Shown piece by piece: positions 55,017 through 64,000 of a stretch of DNA of 64,000 nt. Origin of the DNA: a bacterium. GTDB taxonomy: Bacteria; Hinthialibacterota; Hinthialibacteria; OLB16. Position 1 is the first letter of the stretch. Every line of letters starts with the position of its first letter. The stretch is taken from contig JAJVIK010000025.1 in assembly GCA_022072055.1 (NCBI GenBank), positions 7,766 through 71,765 on the forward strand. Reading direction: 5' to 3'. A program made the translations under genes and the position numbers. Below the pieces are notes generated by a model. The model was given only the letters and a program-made list of their open reading frames with translations, had not been told where the DNA came from and did no database searches.

Positions 55017-56966
55017 ATGGGGAAAGAGAGCTCCGCTCAACCGGGTCCCGGCTTGGTCCCTCGAATTCTTTCCATCAAGGAGGTGGGAATCCTCCTCATC
55101 CTCGCCGTCATTTTCACCGCGATCTCGCTGTACACCCCCTCGTTCGCCTCACGCTCCAACCTTTCTTCAATCATCCAAGCCATCTCCCCGATCGCCCTGA
55201 TGGCGATCGGACAAACCTTCGTGATCCTCACCGCCGGGATCGACCTTTCGGTCGGCTCGGTGTGCGCGCTCTCCGCTTACATGATGTCGCTGGTCCTGAT
55301 TTCCGAGGATGGCTATCCGCTCTGGGTGGGGCTTGCGGTTGCCCTGGGAACGGGCGGTTTCTGCGGTCTCCTTTCGGGTCTGATCATCACCAAGCTGCGG
55401 GTCACCCCCTTTATTGTCACCCTGGGGATGCTGTCGGCCTGTAGTGGTCTCACTCTCGGCCTCTCCGGAGGGAAGCAGATTTCGCTGGGCAAGTTCGGCA
55501 GGGCGGTCGAGGAAAGCGCCTCGATCCTCTCTCCCACTGGGGAAGTGGCCGGTCAGCCCGCAGTGGAGCGAAGGTACTATGGGGAAAGCGCGAGCGTGGA
55601 CGCGATCCAACCCACGCGCGATGGGGGCGCTTGGCTGGGCGCCGCCTCTCCGGGGAGTGTGACCCTTCTCGGCGCGAACTGGGAACCGCGCTGCTCGGTT
55701 AACCTTAACCTTGAGGAGGTAAGCGCTCTGGCTCCGATTGAGGACGCGGCGGTCCTGGCGGCGGGCTCCCCCGGCGGCAAGGTCTACCGGATTGAGGTGG
55801 GAGGGGCCTCCACGCTCTTCTGTGACACCGGAGCGGGAGCGGTTGAAGCCATCACCCAGGACAACAAGGGGAGCTTCCGGGTCGGCACGCGGGAGCCGGC
55901 CGCGGTGCTTCAGGTTTCGCGCGAGGGCGAGGTCCTTTCGAGGATTCCCTTGGGGGAATCCAAGGCGGTCACCTCCCTGGCCCTCGACCGATCCGGGAAA
56001 CTCTTCATCGCCACCGAGGGGCCCGGATCCATCCTCGGAATGAATCCGGGGGCATCCCCGGAGGTGGTCTATAGCGCCACCGCCACGGTGGTGGAACAGC
56101 TCAAGATCGACTCGGAGAATCGACTCTGGTTTGTGGAGGGGGAAGAGAAGCCCAACCGATTGATGGTCCTCGATCAAGGCAAGGCCGATTTGGCCTGGAT
56201 CAGCCCCAAACCACCCATCCGGACCTTCCTCGCATATGCCGATCAGGTGGCCCTGGTTTCAACCGGCAATGTGGGGGCGCTGTACCTCCTCCGTCCCGGA
56301 TTTGAACCTTCGATGATCCACCCCATGACCACCTTTAAGGCGCGGACTCTGGTGGATGCGGGGCCAAGCGCCCCGATCTTTGTTGGGAATTCCGGGCCGG
56401 GGGGGCTTGCCACCCTGGAGACCACCGCCACGCTCACGCGCTATCCGGTCGCGGAGGCGTTCAATGAGATTCATCGCCTGGCGCCCCTCACCATGGCCGT
56501 GCTCATCTGTGTTGCCTGGCTCTTTCTCCGCTTCACGACTTGGGGGACCTATCTCTATGCCATCGGCGGGAACGAGCAGGCGGCGCGCCTTTCCGGCATT
56601 CGGGTGGACCGGATGAAGGTGTTTGTTTACACCGTGACCGGAGTCCTCTGCGGTCTGGCGAGCGTGTTCCTGACCTCCAAGCTCCACACCCTCGATCCAA
56701 ACTTGGCGAAGGGGTATGAGCTTAAGGTCATCGCCGCGGTGGTGATTGGGGGAACCAGCCTGATGGGAGGGCAGGGGTCGGTGTGGGGGACCCTGATCGG
56801 AGCGACCCTCTTGTATGTGCTCAATTACTCCCTGGTTCACCTGGGGATGGAGGACATCTGGTCGGATCTGTTCATCGGCATTGTCATCATCCTCGCGGCG
56901 ATCATCGACAGCCTGCGCTCCCGGTTTGGGGAGTGGATCGGCTTTTCACGTCGCCAAGCCCCGTAG
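55017..56966 (+). CDS. RbsC-type sugar ABC permease with a ~315-aa inserted beta-propeller domain
   Basis: N-half GQTFVILTAGIDLSVG and PFIVTLGM; soluble repeats between; C-half YAIGGNEQAARLSGI, GYEL.VIAAVVIGGTSL.GGQGS..GTLIG; 649 aa versus about 320 for a typical permease. Confidence 0.9.
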   Translation: MGKESSAQPGPGLVPRILSIKEVGILLILAVIFTAISLYTPSFASRSNLSSIIQAISPIALMAIGQTFVILTAGIDLSVGSVCALSAYMMSLVLISEDGYPLWVGLAVALGTGGFCGLLSGLIITKLRVTPFIVTLGMLSACSGLTLGLSGGKQISLGKFGRAVEESASILSPTGEVAGQPAVERRYYGESASVDAIQPTRDGGAWLGAASPGSVTLLGANWEPRCSVNLNLEEVSALAPIEDAAVLAAGSPGGKVYRIEVGGASTLFCDTGAGAVEAITQDNKGSFRVGTREPAAVLQVSREGEVLSRIPLGESKAVTSLALDRSGKLFIATEGPGSILGMNPGASPEVVYSATATVVEQLKIDSENRLWFVEGEEKPNRLMVLDQGKADLAWISPKPPIRTFLAYADQVALVSTGNVGALYLLRPGFEPSMIHPMTTFKARTLVDAGPSAPIFVGNSGPGGLATLETTATLTRYPVAEAFNEIHRLAPLTMAVLICVAWLFLRFTTWGTYLYAIGGNEQAARLSGIRVDRMKVFVYTVTGVLCGLASVFLTSKLHTLDPNLAKGYELKVIAAVVIGGTSLMGGQGSVWGTLIGATLLYVLNYSLVHLGMEDIWSDLFIGIVIILAAIIDSLRSRFGEWIGFSRRQAP

Positions 56967-56986
56967 GACAGGCATCCTGCCTGTCC
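56963..56986 (+). repeat. GTAG-type REP element whose TAG is the permease stop codon
   Basis: GTAGGACAGGCATCCTGCCTGTCC; the same class occurs at 688 and 31500. Confidence 0.75.
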
Positions 56987-57101
56987 CCGGGCAAGCTCCC
57001 GCCCCCACCGAAAAGCTGTGGCTTGGCTCCACTTCGTGGGGTATAGTAGCCCATTCCAGTTCCATGACCGGTTTCAGGACCGAAGCAGGAAGGAGAGCCA
57101 C

Positions 57102-58436
57102 ATGACCGAAGTCACTCGACGCGATTTCATGAAGAAGGGCGCAACCCTCACCGCCGGCGCGGCGCTGGGGCTTGGCGCTCTCAAACGATCCACCGCCGCT
57201 TGGGCGGGAGCTAATGACAGAGTCCGGATGGCGGTGATCGGCATTCGGGGACGGGGGTCCGGGCACCTCTCCGGTTTCGCCGGGCTGGATGGGGTCGAGG
57301 TGGCCACCATGTGCGATGTGGACACTCGACTGTTCGCGGGCCTGGCCAAGAGCATCTTCAGCGACAAGGGCCGGAAGGTCCCCAAAACCGAGCACGACAT
57401 GCGCCGTGTTTTTGAGGACAAGGACATCGATGCCGTGTCCGTCGCCACTCCCAACCACTGGCATTCGCTCGCGGGAATCTGGGCCTGCCAGGCCGGCAAG
57501 CATGTGTATGTCGAGAAACCCTGCTCGCACAATGTCTGGGAGGGCCGTCAGCTCGTCGAGGCCGCGCGCAAGCACAACCGGATTGTCCAGCATGGAACCC
57601 AAAGCCGGACCGCCCCCGCGATCCGCGAAGGGATGCAGAAAATCCGGGAGGGGCTGATCGGCGAGGTCTACATGGCCAAGGGCATGTGCTACAAGTGGCG
57701 CGACACCATCGGGAAGAAGCCGGATGCCCCGGTTCCGGAGGGCGTGCACTACGACATCTGGCTCGGACCCGCGCCGGAGCGCCCCTTCAGCGAGAACCGA
57801 TTCCACTACAACTGGCACTGGCATTGGGATTACGGCAACGGCGACATGGGCAATCAGGGTGTCCATCAGATGGACTTGGCGCGCTGGGGACTCGGAGTGG
57901 GGCTTCCCGCGAAGGTCTCCTCGATGGGCGCGCACTTCATGTTTGATGACGATCAGGAGACCCCCAACACCCTGATCTCCACCTTCTTCTACCCCGAGGA
58001 TGGACCGAAGGGAAAGATGCTGGTCTTTGAGACCCGTCACTGGATGACCAACCACGAGACCCGCCTCAACGAGAGCGAGCTCAACGACTGCGGAAACCTC
58101 TTCCTCGGCTCCGAGGGCTACATGGTGATGGATGGCGGGGGCTACAAGACCTTCCTCGGGAAGAACCGGGAGCCGGGTCCCTCCGGGGATGAGCCGGGCG
58201 ACCACTTCGCCAACTTCATCGCCGCGCTCCGCTCCGGCAAGCGCCAGGACCTCAACGCCGAGGTCGAGGAGGGCCACCTGTCCTCCGCGCTCTGCCACCT
58301 CGGCAACATCTCGTACCGGCTTGGAAGGTCGCTGGAGTTTGATCCCAAGACCGAGCGGTTCATCGGGGATGCCGAGGCGGATGCGATGCTCAGCCGCAAT
58401 TACAGAGCCCCGTTCGTGGTGCCGTCGGTTGTGTGA
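57102..58436 (+). CDS. Tat-exported Gfo/Idh/MocA family oxidoreductase
   Basis: TRRDFMKK Tat motif; AVIGIRGRG, VATPNHWH, VYVEKP, VQHGTQ and GNQGVHQMD. Confidence 0.93.
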   Translation: MTEVTRRDFMKKGATLTAGAALGLGALKRSTAAWAGANDRVRMAVIGIRGRGSGHLSGFAGLDGVEVATMCDVDTRLFAGLAKSIFSDKGRKVPKTEHDMRRVFEDKDIDAVSVATPNHWHSLAGIWACQAGKHVYVEKPCSHNVWEGRQLVEAARKHNRIVQHGTQSRTAPAIREGMQKIREGLIGEVYMAKGMCYKWRDTIGKKPDAPVPEGVHYDIWLGPAPERPFSENRFHYNWHWHWDYGNGDMGNQGVHQMDLARWGLGVGLPAKVSSMGAHFMFDDDQETPNTLISTFFYPEDGPKGKMLVFETRHWMTNHETRLNESELNDCGNLFLGSEGYMVMDGGGYKTFLGKNREPGPSGDEPGDHFANFIAALRSGKRQDLNAEVEEGHLSSALCHLGNISYRLGRSLEFDPKTERFIGDAEADAMLSRNYRAPFVVPSVV

Positions 58437-58451
58437 GAACCTCGGGCATGG

Positions 58452-58473
58452 GGTGGGGGCGACCCCACCCTAT
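58452..58473 (-). repeat. REP-like hairpin whose TAG foot is the stop codon of the aminotransferase gene
   Basis: Minus strand ATAGGGTGGGGTCGCCCCCACC; related to GGTGGGGGAACCCCCACC at about 31579. Confidence 0.6.
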
Positions 58474-59666
58474 GCCCGCAATTCCCGAATGCTCTTCGCC
58501 AGGTAATCCAAGGCTTCCGGGGTCTGGCGAGGATTGATCGGGAGCGTGACCAGCCTCTCGGCGAGTCTCTCCGCCACCGGGAACATCCCCTCCTTAAAGC
58601 CGCGCTTGCGAAAAGCCGTTGTCAGATGGATCGGGCTGTAGTGGGTCCCGAGCTTGATCCCCTTCTCATGCAGCATGGCGTAAACAAAGTCCACCTTGCT
58701 CATCCCGAAGCGCTCTGGGTCAACCCGGATGGGATAGAGGTGGAAGACATGCTTGCACCTCGGATCGAGCCTGGGCGTGGCGATTCCCGGAACATCCGCA
58801 AGCGCCTGGGTGAGGAATGCCGCGTGGTCGATCCGTTTCCGGTTGAGCGCGTCGAGCTTGCGGAGCTGGATGCGCCCGACCGCCGCTTGGATGTCGGTCA
58901 TCCGGAAGTTGTATCCGCAGTCATCAAAGTCCTGCCGCCAGAAGCGCTTGCCCATCGGGAAACGGGTCTCATCCAGGCTGCAATACTTGGTGCTCTTGCC
59001 GTAGACACGGGTGCAATGCGAACGGTAGAGAGCGATTCGCTCGAACAGGGAGTCGTCATCGGTGACAATCATCCCCCCTTCTCCGAGCGTGGACATGTTC
59101 TTCTGCTCGTGGAAACTGAAGCAGCCGGTGGCGCCGAAGCTTCCGGCCTTCCTCCCCTGGAACTCCCCCCCGACCGTGTGGCAGGCATCCTCCACGATGG
59201 CGAAGCCGTGGTTCCGAGTCAGATCGCCAAGGGCCTCCATGTCGCAACATTGGCCGTACAGATGAACCGGCAGGACCGCCTTGGTGTTGGGGGTGAGCTT
59301 GGCTTTGAGGAGTTTCGGGTCGAGGTTGTAGGTCTCGGGATCGACATCCACGAAATCGACCTCCAATCCCAGGGTCACCGCGGCGGCGGCGGTGGCGATC
59401 CAGGTGATTGGGGTGGTGAGGACACGGTCCCCCGGTTTGAGATCGAGCGCCACCAGGGAAAGGAACAGCGCCGCGGTGCCGTTGCTCACCGCCCGCGCGT
59501 GACGCGCCCCAGTGTATTCCGCGAATTCCCGCTCGAATTCGATGCACTCGTTTCCGCTGGTCGGCGCCCCCTTGCGGAGGACTTCAAGGATGGCGGCCTC
59601 CTCCTCGGCTCCATACTCGCTCCCAAACTTGATCTCAAGGTCGTGCAGGATTCTGGGACTGCTCAT
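58470..59666 (-). CDS. DegT/DnrJ/EryC1/StrS PLP-dependent sugar aminotransferase
   Basis: VSNGTAAL, LPVHLYGQ, VEDACH, SFHEQKNMSTLGEGG (PLP lysine) and GYNFRMTDIQAA. Confidence 0.93.
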   Translation of the reverse strand: MSSPRILHDLEIKFGSEYGAEEEAAILEVLRKGAPTSGNECIEFEREFAEYTGARHARAVSNGTAALFLSLVALDLKPGDRVLTTPITWIATAAAAVTLGLEVDFVDVDPETYNLDPKLLKAKLTPNTKAVLPVHLYGQCCDMEALGDLTRNHGFAIVEDACHTVGGEFQGRKAGSFGATGCFSFHEQKNMSTLGEGGMIVTDDDSLFERIALYRSHCTRVYGKSTKYCSLDETRFPMGKRFWRQDFDDCGYNFRMTDIQAAVGRIQLRKLDALNRKRIDHAAFLTQALADVPGIATPRLDPRCKHVFHLYPIRVDPERFGMSKVDFVYAMLHEKGIKLGTHYSPIHLTTAFRKRGFKEGMFPVAERLAERLVTLPINPRQTPEALDYLAKSIRELRA

Positions 59667-60568
59667 GGTGTTTCCTTTCCAGAGGGATCGAGGACCCTAT
59701 CCAAGGCCTCGTCGAGATTTCTCATGGGTGTCTTGAGGAGCGAGCGCGCCAGCGAATTGTCCAGGGAGGCGTCACGGGGCCGCCTTGCGCGGCCGGGGAT
59801 ATCGGCGCTGCTCTTGGGGACCACATAGCTCTCGGGGTGTCCGAGCCGCGCGGCGATCCGTCGCCCCAGGTCGCAACGAGACAGGGCCTCGCTCCCGGCG
59901 AGATGAACGATCCCGGTCCACTCCGAGGCGGCCAGCTCCAAGAGGGCGCGCGCGAGGGTCCGCACATCCACCGGGGTCCGGATCTCATCGGGAGGCGCGC
60001 CCACCGGCTTTCCCGCTTCCCACTCGCGCATCCATTTGGCGAGAAACGAATTGCCGCCCCCAAGCGCGGGGAGACCGAGGACCAGGGACAACCGCGCGAT
60101 CGCCCAGTTTCCCGGAAGCGACTGAATCAATCGTTCGGCCTTGACCTTGGTCTCGGCGTAGACATTGACTGGGTTGGGTGGGTCGGTCTCGCGGTAGTCC
60201 CCCCGCTCGCCGTCGAAAACCGTGTCCGTGGAGAGATGGATGATTCGCGCGCCCCGCCGCTCACTGAGCTCGACGACGGAGCGGGTAAGCTCCACGTTGA
60301 CACGCCGCGCCTCAGCGGGGTTGGCCTCGCAGGCATCGATGTCGGCCATCGCGGCGGCGTGAATCACGGCGTCCGGGACGATGGCTCCGAACAAGGACGA
60401 GAGGGTCTCGCTGTCCCCAAGATCGAGCGAGTGCCAGATGCAGTCTCCAACCGCCTCGGGGCGATTTCGCGAGGAGAGGGCGTGAACCTCCCATTCCCCT
60501 CCGACCCCGGCGAGAATTCTTCCCGCCACGAATCCGGACGCGCCGGTGATCACCAGTCGTTTTTTCAT
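59663..60568 (-). CDS. RmlD-like SDR (dTDP-4-dehydrorhamnose reductase family)
   Basis: ITGASGFVA, HLSTDTVFDG, PVNVYAETK and RTPVDV; ATGA coupling to the aminotransferase. Confidence 0.85.
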   Translation of the reverse strand: MKKRLVITGASGFVAGRILAGVGGEWEVHALSSRNRPEAVGDCIWHSLDLGDSETLSSLFGAIVPDAVIHAAAMADIDACEANPAEARRVNVELTRSVVELSERRGARIIHLSTDTVFDGERGDYRETDPPNPVNVYAETKVKAERLIQSLPGNWAIARLSLVLGLPALGGGNSFLAKWMREWEAGKPVGAPPDEIRTPVDVRTLARALLELAASEWTGIVHLAGSEALSRCDLGRRIAARLGHPESYVVPKSSADIPGRARRPRDASLDNSLARSLLKTPMRNLDEALDRVLDPSGKETP

Positions 60569-60770
60569 GTGCTTCCTTCGTTCTTGATCCGAATCCCGCG
60601 ATGGTTGACAACACCCCCCACGGTCCGGAAACTACCATTCGCTCCGATGCGAGGCCAAGTGTTCCGGCCCAACATCGGTTGTTGATTGATCCGCCCTCCG
60701 AAGACCCCCGACTGTCGATCCCAAGGCTCCCGGCACAAGGGCGGAGACACTCTTTTGCAGGAGTTCCAAC

Positions 60771-61277
60771 ATGGCCAAGACCGAGTCTTTCGACATCACC
60801 ACCGGAGTCGACCTTCAGGAGGTTGACAACGCCATCAATCAGGCGATGAAAGAAATCGGCCAGCGCTACGACTTCAAGAACCTGGTCGTCGAAATCACCT
60901 TGGATCGGAAGGAAAACAAGGTCCATCTCGACGCGCCGGATGAGTTCAAGCTCGGCGCGGTCTGGGAAATCCTGGCCGCCAAGATGATCAAGCGCTCGGT
61001 CCCGGTCAAGAACCTCCACCGCGGCAAGCCCGAGGTCGGCTCGCACGGGCGCGCCCGTCAAATGGTGGAGCTGGCCCAGGGCTTGGATTCCGACACAACC
61101 CGCAAAATCGCCAAGGCGATCAAGGACGCCGGCTTGAAGAAGGTGCAAGTCTCGATCCAAGGCGATCAGGTTCGGGTGAGCGGCCCTTCCCGCGATGAAC
61201 TCCAGAAGGTCATCCAGATGCTTCGCGCGGAGGACTGGGGGGTCGAACTCAAGTTTGGGAACTACCGCTCCAATTGA
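60771..61277 (+). CDS. yajQ: YajQ family nucleotide/c-di-GMP-binding protein
   Basis: SFDIT..VDLQEVDNAINQA.KEI..RYDFK, KVQVSIQGDQVRVSG..RDELQ and FGNYR. Confidence 0.96.
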   Translation: MAKTESFDITTGVDLQEVDNAINQAMKEIGQRYDFKNLVVEITLDRKENKVHLDAPDEFKLGAVWEILAAKMIKRSVPVKNLHRGKPEVGSHGRARQMVELAQGLDSDTTRKIAKAIKDAGLKKVQVSIQGDQVRVSGPSRDELQKVIQMLRAEDWGVELKFGNYRSN

Positions 61278-61285
61278 GCCTGCCT

Positions 61286-61738
61286 CTAATCCTTGGTTCC
61301 CACATCATCGCAGAAGACCCCGAGCACGAGCGAATTCTCTTCTTCCTCGTGACGGATCAGCGCCTCGATCAGGGAGCGCAACGCCGCCGGCGCCTTGGAG
61401 GATTCCATGGGCCCCAGTCCGCTCCCTCGAAGCGCCGTGAGCACATCATCCAGGATTTTCCGGTGAGCGCGGTGCTCCTCGCGCAGTTTTTCCACCTTGG
61501 GGGAAAGGGTTGGGCGAAGCTCCACCACCGGCTTCATGAACCCCCCTTCCTCCTCGAAGCGCGTGTGCTCCAACAGCGCGGTCCGGAAGGAGTCCGTCTC
61601 TTCCACCAGGGCGTGATGCGCGCGTTCAGCCTCCTCCAAGGTCTGAAGAAGGCGTCGGGTGCACGCCTGAAGCATTTCGTGCTCTTCTCGAGCGCGGTTC
61701 GCCACCTCGCGATATTCTTCCACCACCGCCATCGACAT
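61286..61738 (-). CDS. Hemerythrin/HHE cation-binding domain protein
   Basis: EEHEML, HTRFEEEGGF, REEHRAH and HEEEENSLV. Confidence 0.8.
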   Translation of the reverse strand: MSMAVVEEYREVANRAREEHEMLQACTRRLLQTLEEAERAHHALVEETDSFRTALLEHTRFEEEGGFMKPVVELRPTLSPKVEKLREEHRAHRKILDDVLTALRGSGLGPMESSKAPAALRSLIEALIRHEEEENSLVLGVFCDDVGTKD

Positions 61739-61848
61739 GGCCGGAGACCCCCTTTCACTCGAATGGGTCCCATCCTCAAGCGACCCGCATCGGGTATTAT
61801 ACCCCTTTCCGGTCTCAAAGAGACCCGTTTCCGGTCCGGGAGCCTGGC

Positions 61849-63786
61849 GTGACACCCCCTTCCAGAGCCACTCGTCCCTCGCGCGCGCGGGAAGACAGTC
61901 CCCGCAAGCGACGGATCCCGAGTAAAACCCTTCCTCTGGCCGCGCTCGCCTTCGCGATCCCATTGCTGGTTTATTCCCTTACGCTGGCCCCCTCCGTGAC
62001 CCTGGAGGACTCGGCGGAATACGCGAGCGTGGCGAAGGTGCTTGGAATCGCTCATCCGCCCGGTTCCCCAACCTGGACCCTGGCGGCGCACTTGTTCGGA
62101 CAGATTCCGATCGGGGAATTTGTCACCCGCACAAACTTTTTCTCCGCCTTGTGCGTCTCCCTGGCCGCGCTGTTCCTGTTTCTTTTCCTCCGGGATCGAG
62201 GGTGGAGTTGGGAGGCGGCCCTGGCCGCCGCCGGAACGGCCGCCTTCACACGGAGCGTCTGGGGCTTGGCCGTGGTGACCTACAACTACAGTCTCAATCT
62301 CACCCTGCTTTGGGCGTGCCTGTTCTTCGCGGGGCGATGGCGGAGGACCAGCGACCCGCGCTGGCTGGCCGGCGCGGCGCTCGCGGGGGGTCTCGGCGCG
62401 GGGGTCCACCACCTCTTTCTCCTCCTCTCGCCATTGGTCCTCTCATGGACCCTTTGGGGAGCCTGGAGAAAGGCTCTAACCATGCGGGCGCTCATGCTCT
62501 GTGTCCCTGCTCTGCTGATCGGGCTGGCGGTGTTCCTTTACCTTCCCATCCGCGCCGCCATGAATCCCCCGATTGCGTGGGGGAAAATCGAAACACCCCA
62601 GGATTTTCTCGACTATGTCTCCCGCAAGGTCTACAAGGAGGCGGAGGGCGGCATCTGGTATTCGGGCAAGACCGTGGACTCTCTGAAATTCCTGGGCGCA
62701 TTCCTTGCCGGGCTTCCGAGGGAGCAAGGAGGGCTGCTGGTGTTGTGCGCCCTGCCAGGCGCGCTCGCCCTGTGGAGGCGGGATCGAAGCCTCAGCCTTC
62801 TGCTCTTCGGCATGGTCGCCTTCAATGTTCCGCTGCTCCTATTCATGGGCGGCTCGCAATTCACTCCCACCTCGGAATACATCAATCGGCTCTACTACCT
62901 CCCGGCCCTGGCCTCCCTCGCGGCCCTCGCCGCGTTCGGATGGCGGCGGACCTTGATCTTCCTGTTCCGGAGAGTGCGTGAAAGACAGACGCGGAACCGC
63001 CTTCTCCCCGCTCTCGCGCTATGCGCCCCGATGCTCCTGGTGGGCATGAATTGGAAGGCCTGTGACCGCTCCGATTATCTGCTCCCCAAGGAGTATCTCC
63101 AAAACCTCCTCCGCTCGATTCCCCCCGGGGGCGCGGTGCTCCCGCTCACCAACAACGAGACTTTCCTCCTGCTGTATGCCCGTCATGTTGAGGGAAACGC
63201 CAAGGCGCGCCTGATGGACAGTCGTTTCGGCTGGAATCCGGGGGAGCCGACCACGGCTGTCCTGACCGCCTGGGATGTGGGCTTGGGGGCGGCCCACCCC
63301 ATTCCGGAGCTCTTCCCGGACTCGGTGACTCTTCCCCTGAACATTCTTTACATCGCCCTCAAGAGAGACATTCCGGAGGGACTCGAACGGTATCGCCTGG
63401 TTCAGAAGGTGGACTACTCCATCAAGAGCCTGCCCGGAGAATACCCCCACCTGAGTCCCTTTGAGCGGATGATTTTCGCCTCGTATTCGGCCTATTACTC
63501 CGCGCTCGGCGCGCGGATGCACCTCGAGGGGAAAACGGCGGAGCGTGATTCCGCCTGGAAACGATCCGAGGAACTCAACCCGGAGGACCCCTATTGCCAC
63601 TTCTTGCTGGGACACCTTTACGAACTCTCCGGCTCGCGCGGCAAGGGGGAGATCGCGCGCCACTATCAAGCCGCCTGGGATCGATATGACGAGGTCTTCG
63701 ATCCGCTCGACACGCGCTTCTACGGGGTCAGGAAGGAGACAATCCGCGCCGCGTTGGAGCGTCTTGGTCTTTCGCCCTCCGTGTGA
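61849..63786 (+). CDS. DUF2723 GT-C glycosyltransferase (TMEM260-like) with a C-terminal TPR
   Basis: TLAPSVTLEDSAE....LGIAHPPG, YLPIRA..NPPIAWG and a TPR-like EELNPEDPYCHFLLGHLY. Confidence 0.88.
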   Translation: MTPPSRATRPSRAREDSPRKRRIPSKTLPLAALAFAIPLLVYSLTLAPSVTLEDSAEYASVAKVLGIAHPPGSPTWTLAAHLFGQIPIGEFVTRTNFFSALCVSLAALFLFLFLRDRGWSWEAALAAAGTAAFTRSVWGLAVVTYNYSLNLTLLWACLFFAGRWRRTSDPRWLAGAALAGGLGAGVHHLFLLLSPLVLSWTLWGAWRKALTMRALMLCVPALLIGLAVFLYLPIRAAMNPPIAWGKIETPQDFLDYVSRKVYKEAEGGIWYSGKTVDSLKFLGAFLAGLPREQGGLLVLCALPGALALWRRDRSLSLLLFGMVAFNVPLLLFMGGSQFTPTSEYINRLYYLPALASLAALAAFGWRRTLIFLFRRVRERQTRNRLLPALALCAPMLLVGMNWKACDRSDYLLPKEYLQNLLRSIPPGGAVLPLTNNETFLLLYARHVEGNAKARLMDSRFGWNPGEPTTAVLTAWDVGLGAAHPIPELFPDSVTLPLNILYIALKRDIPEGLERYRLVQKVDYSIKSLPGEYPHLSPFERMIFASYSAYYSALGARMHLEGKTAERDSAWKRSEELNPEDPYCHFLLGHLYELSGSRGKGEIARHYQAAWDRYDEVFDPLDTRFYGVRKETIRAALERLGLSPSV

Positions 63787-63807
63787 ACGAGAATACAATC
63801 CGATTCC

Positions 63808-64000
63808 ATGAACCTGCTCATCATCCGGCTTTCCTCGATGGGGGATGTGATTCACACCCTCCCCGCCCTCCGGGCGCTCCGAGCCACCTTCCCGGGAGCG
63901 ACCATCGGATGGGTGGTGGAGGATGGCCACGCCTCGCTTCTGTCCGGGCTATCGGAAATCGACCGATTGTATCTTCTTCCGCGCAAGAAAGCTCGGGGGC
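63808..64000 (+). CDS. waaC: LPS heptosyltransferase I (GT9), 3' end truncated by the window edge
   Basis: MNLLIIRLSSMGDVIHTLPAL..LR..FPGATIGWVVE; no stop before 64000. Confidence 0.7.
   Translation, partial: MNLLIIRLSSMGDVIHTLPALRALRATFPGATIGWVVEDGHASLLSGLSEIDRLYLLPRKKARG

Noticed and set aside
58470-60568. Secondary-metabolite (aminoglycoside-like) cluster around the DegT aminotransferase
   Set aside because: Only an RmlD-like partner is present, with no cyclitol synthase, glycosyltransferase or resistance gene. An ordinary nucleotide-sugar role is more likely.

Overview
64 kb of chromosome from a GC-rich (roughly 60-65% by eye) diderm bacterium. I found about 55 CDSs and one tRNA-Glu(CTC), but no CRISPR array, prophage, integrase or IS transposase. 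Housekeeping genes (aspS, eno, proC, mutY, araB, larB, yajQ, LPS heptosyltransferases, nucleotide-sugar enzymes) are interleaved with many secreted carbohydrate-active proteins: DUF4838, GH14/42-like, GH36, GH88-like, BNR/sialidase-like, esterase and beta-helix proteins. Stand-alone GFTLIELL prepilin-like genes and Thr/Pro linkers with single dockerin-like motifs suggest an uncultured PVC-adjacent lineage such as Sumerlaeota/Hinthialibacterota (inference only). Best leads: (1) an RbsC-type sugar ABC permease with a ~315-aa beta-propeller inserted in a loop, in a locus with no ATPase gene; (2) a candidate ~100-nt three-hairpin sRNA with C-rich/anti-Shine-Dalgarno loops and a U8 terminator, upstream of a blaI/M56 pair; (3) a set of several REP-like hairpin classes that form composite arrays and supply stop codons to three genes; (4) a lipoyl-less stand-alone E2 acyltransferase; (5) a beta-helix gene whose core is low-GC while its ends are host-like; (6) diversified prepilin-like paralogs. 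Product calls come from motif recognition only; no database searches were run.
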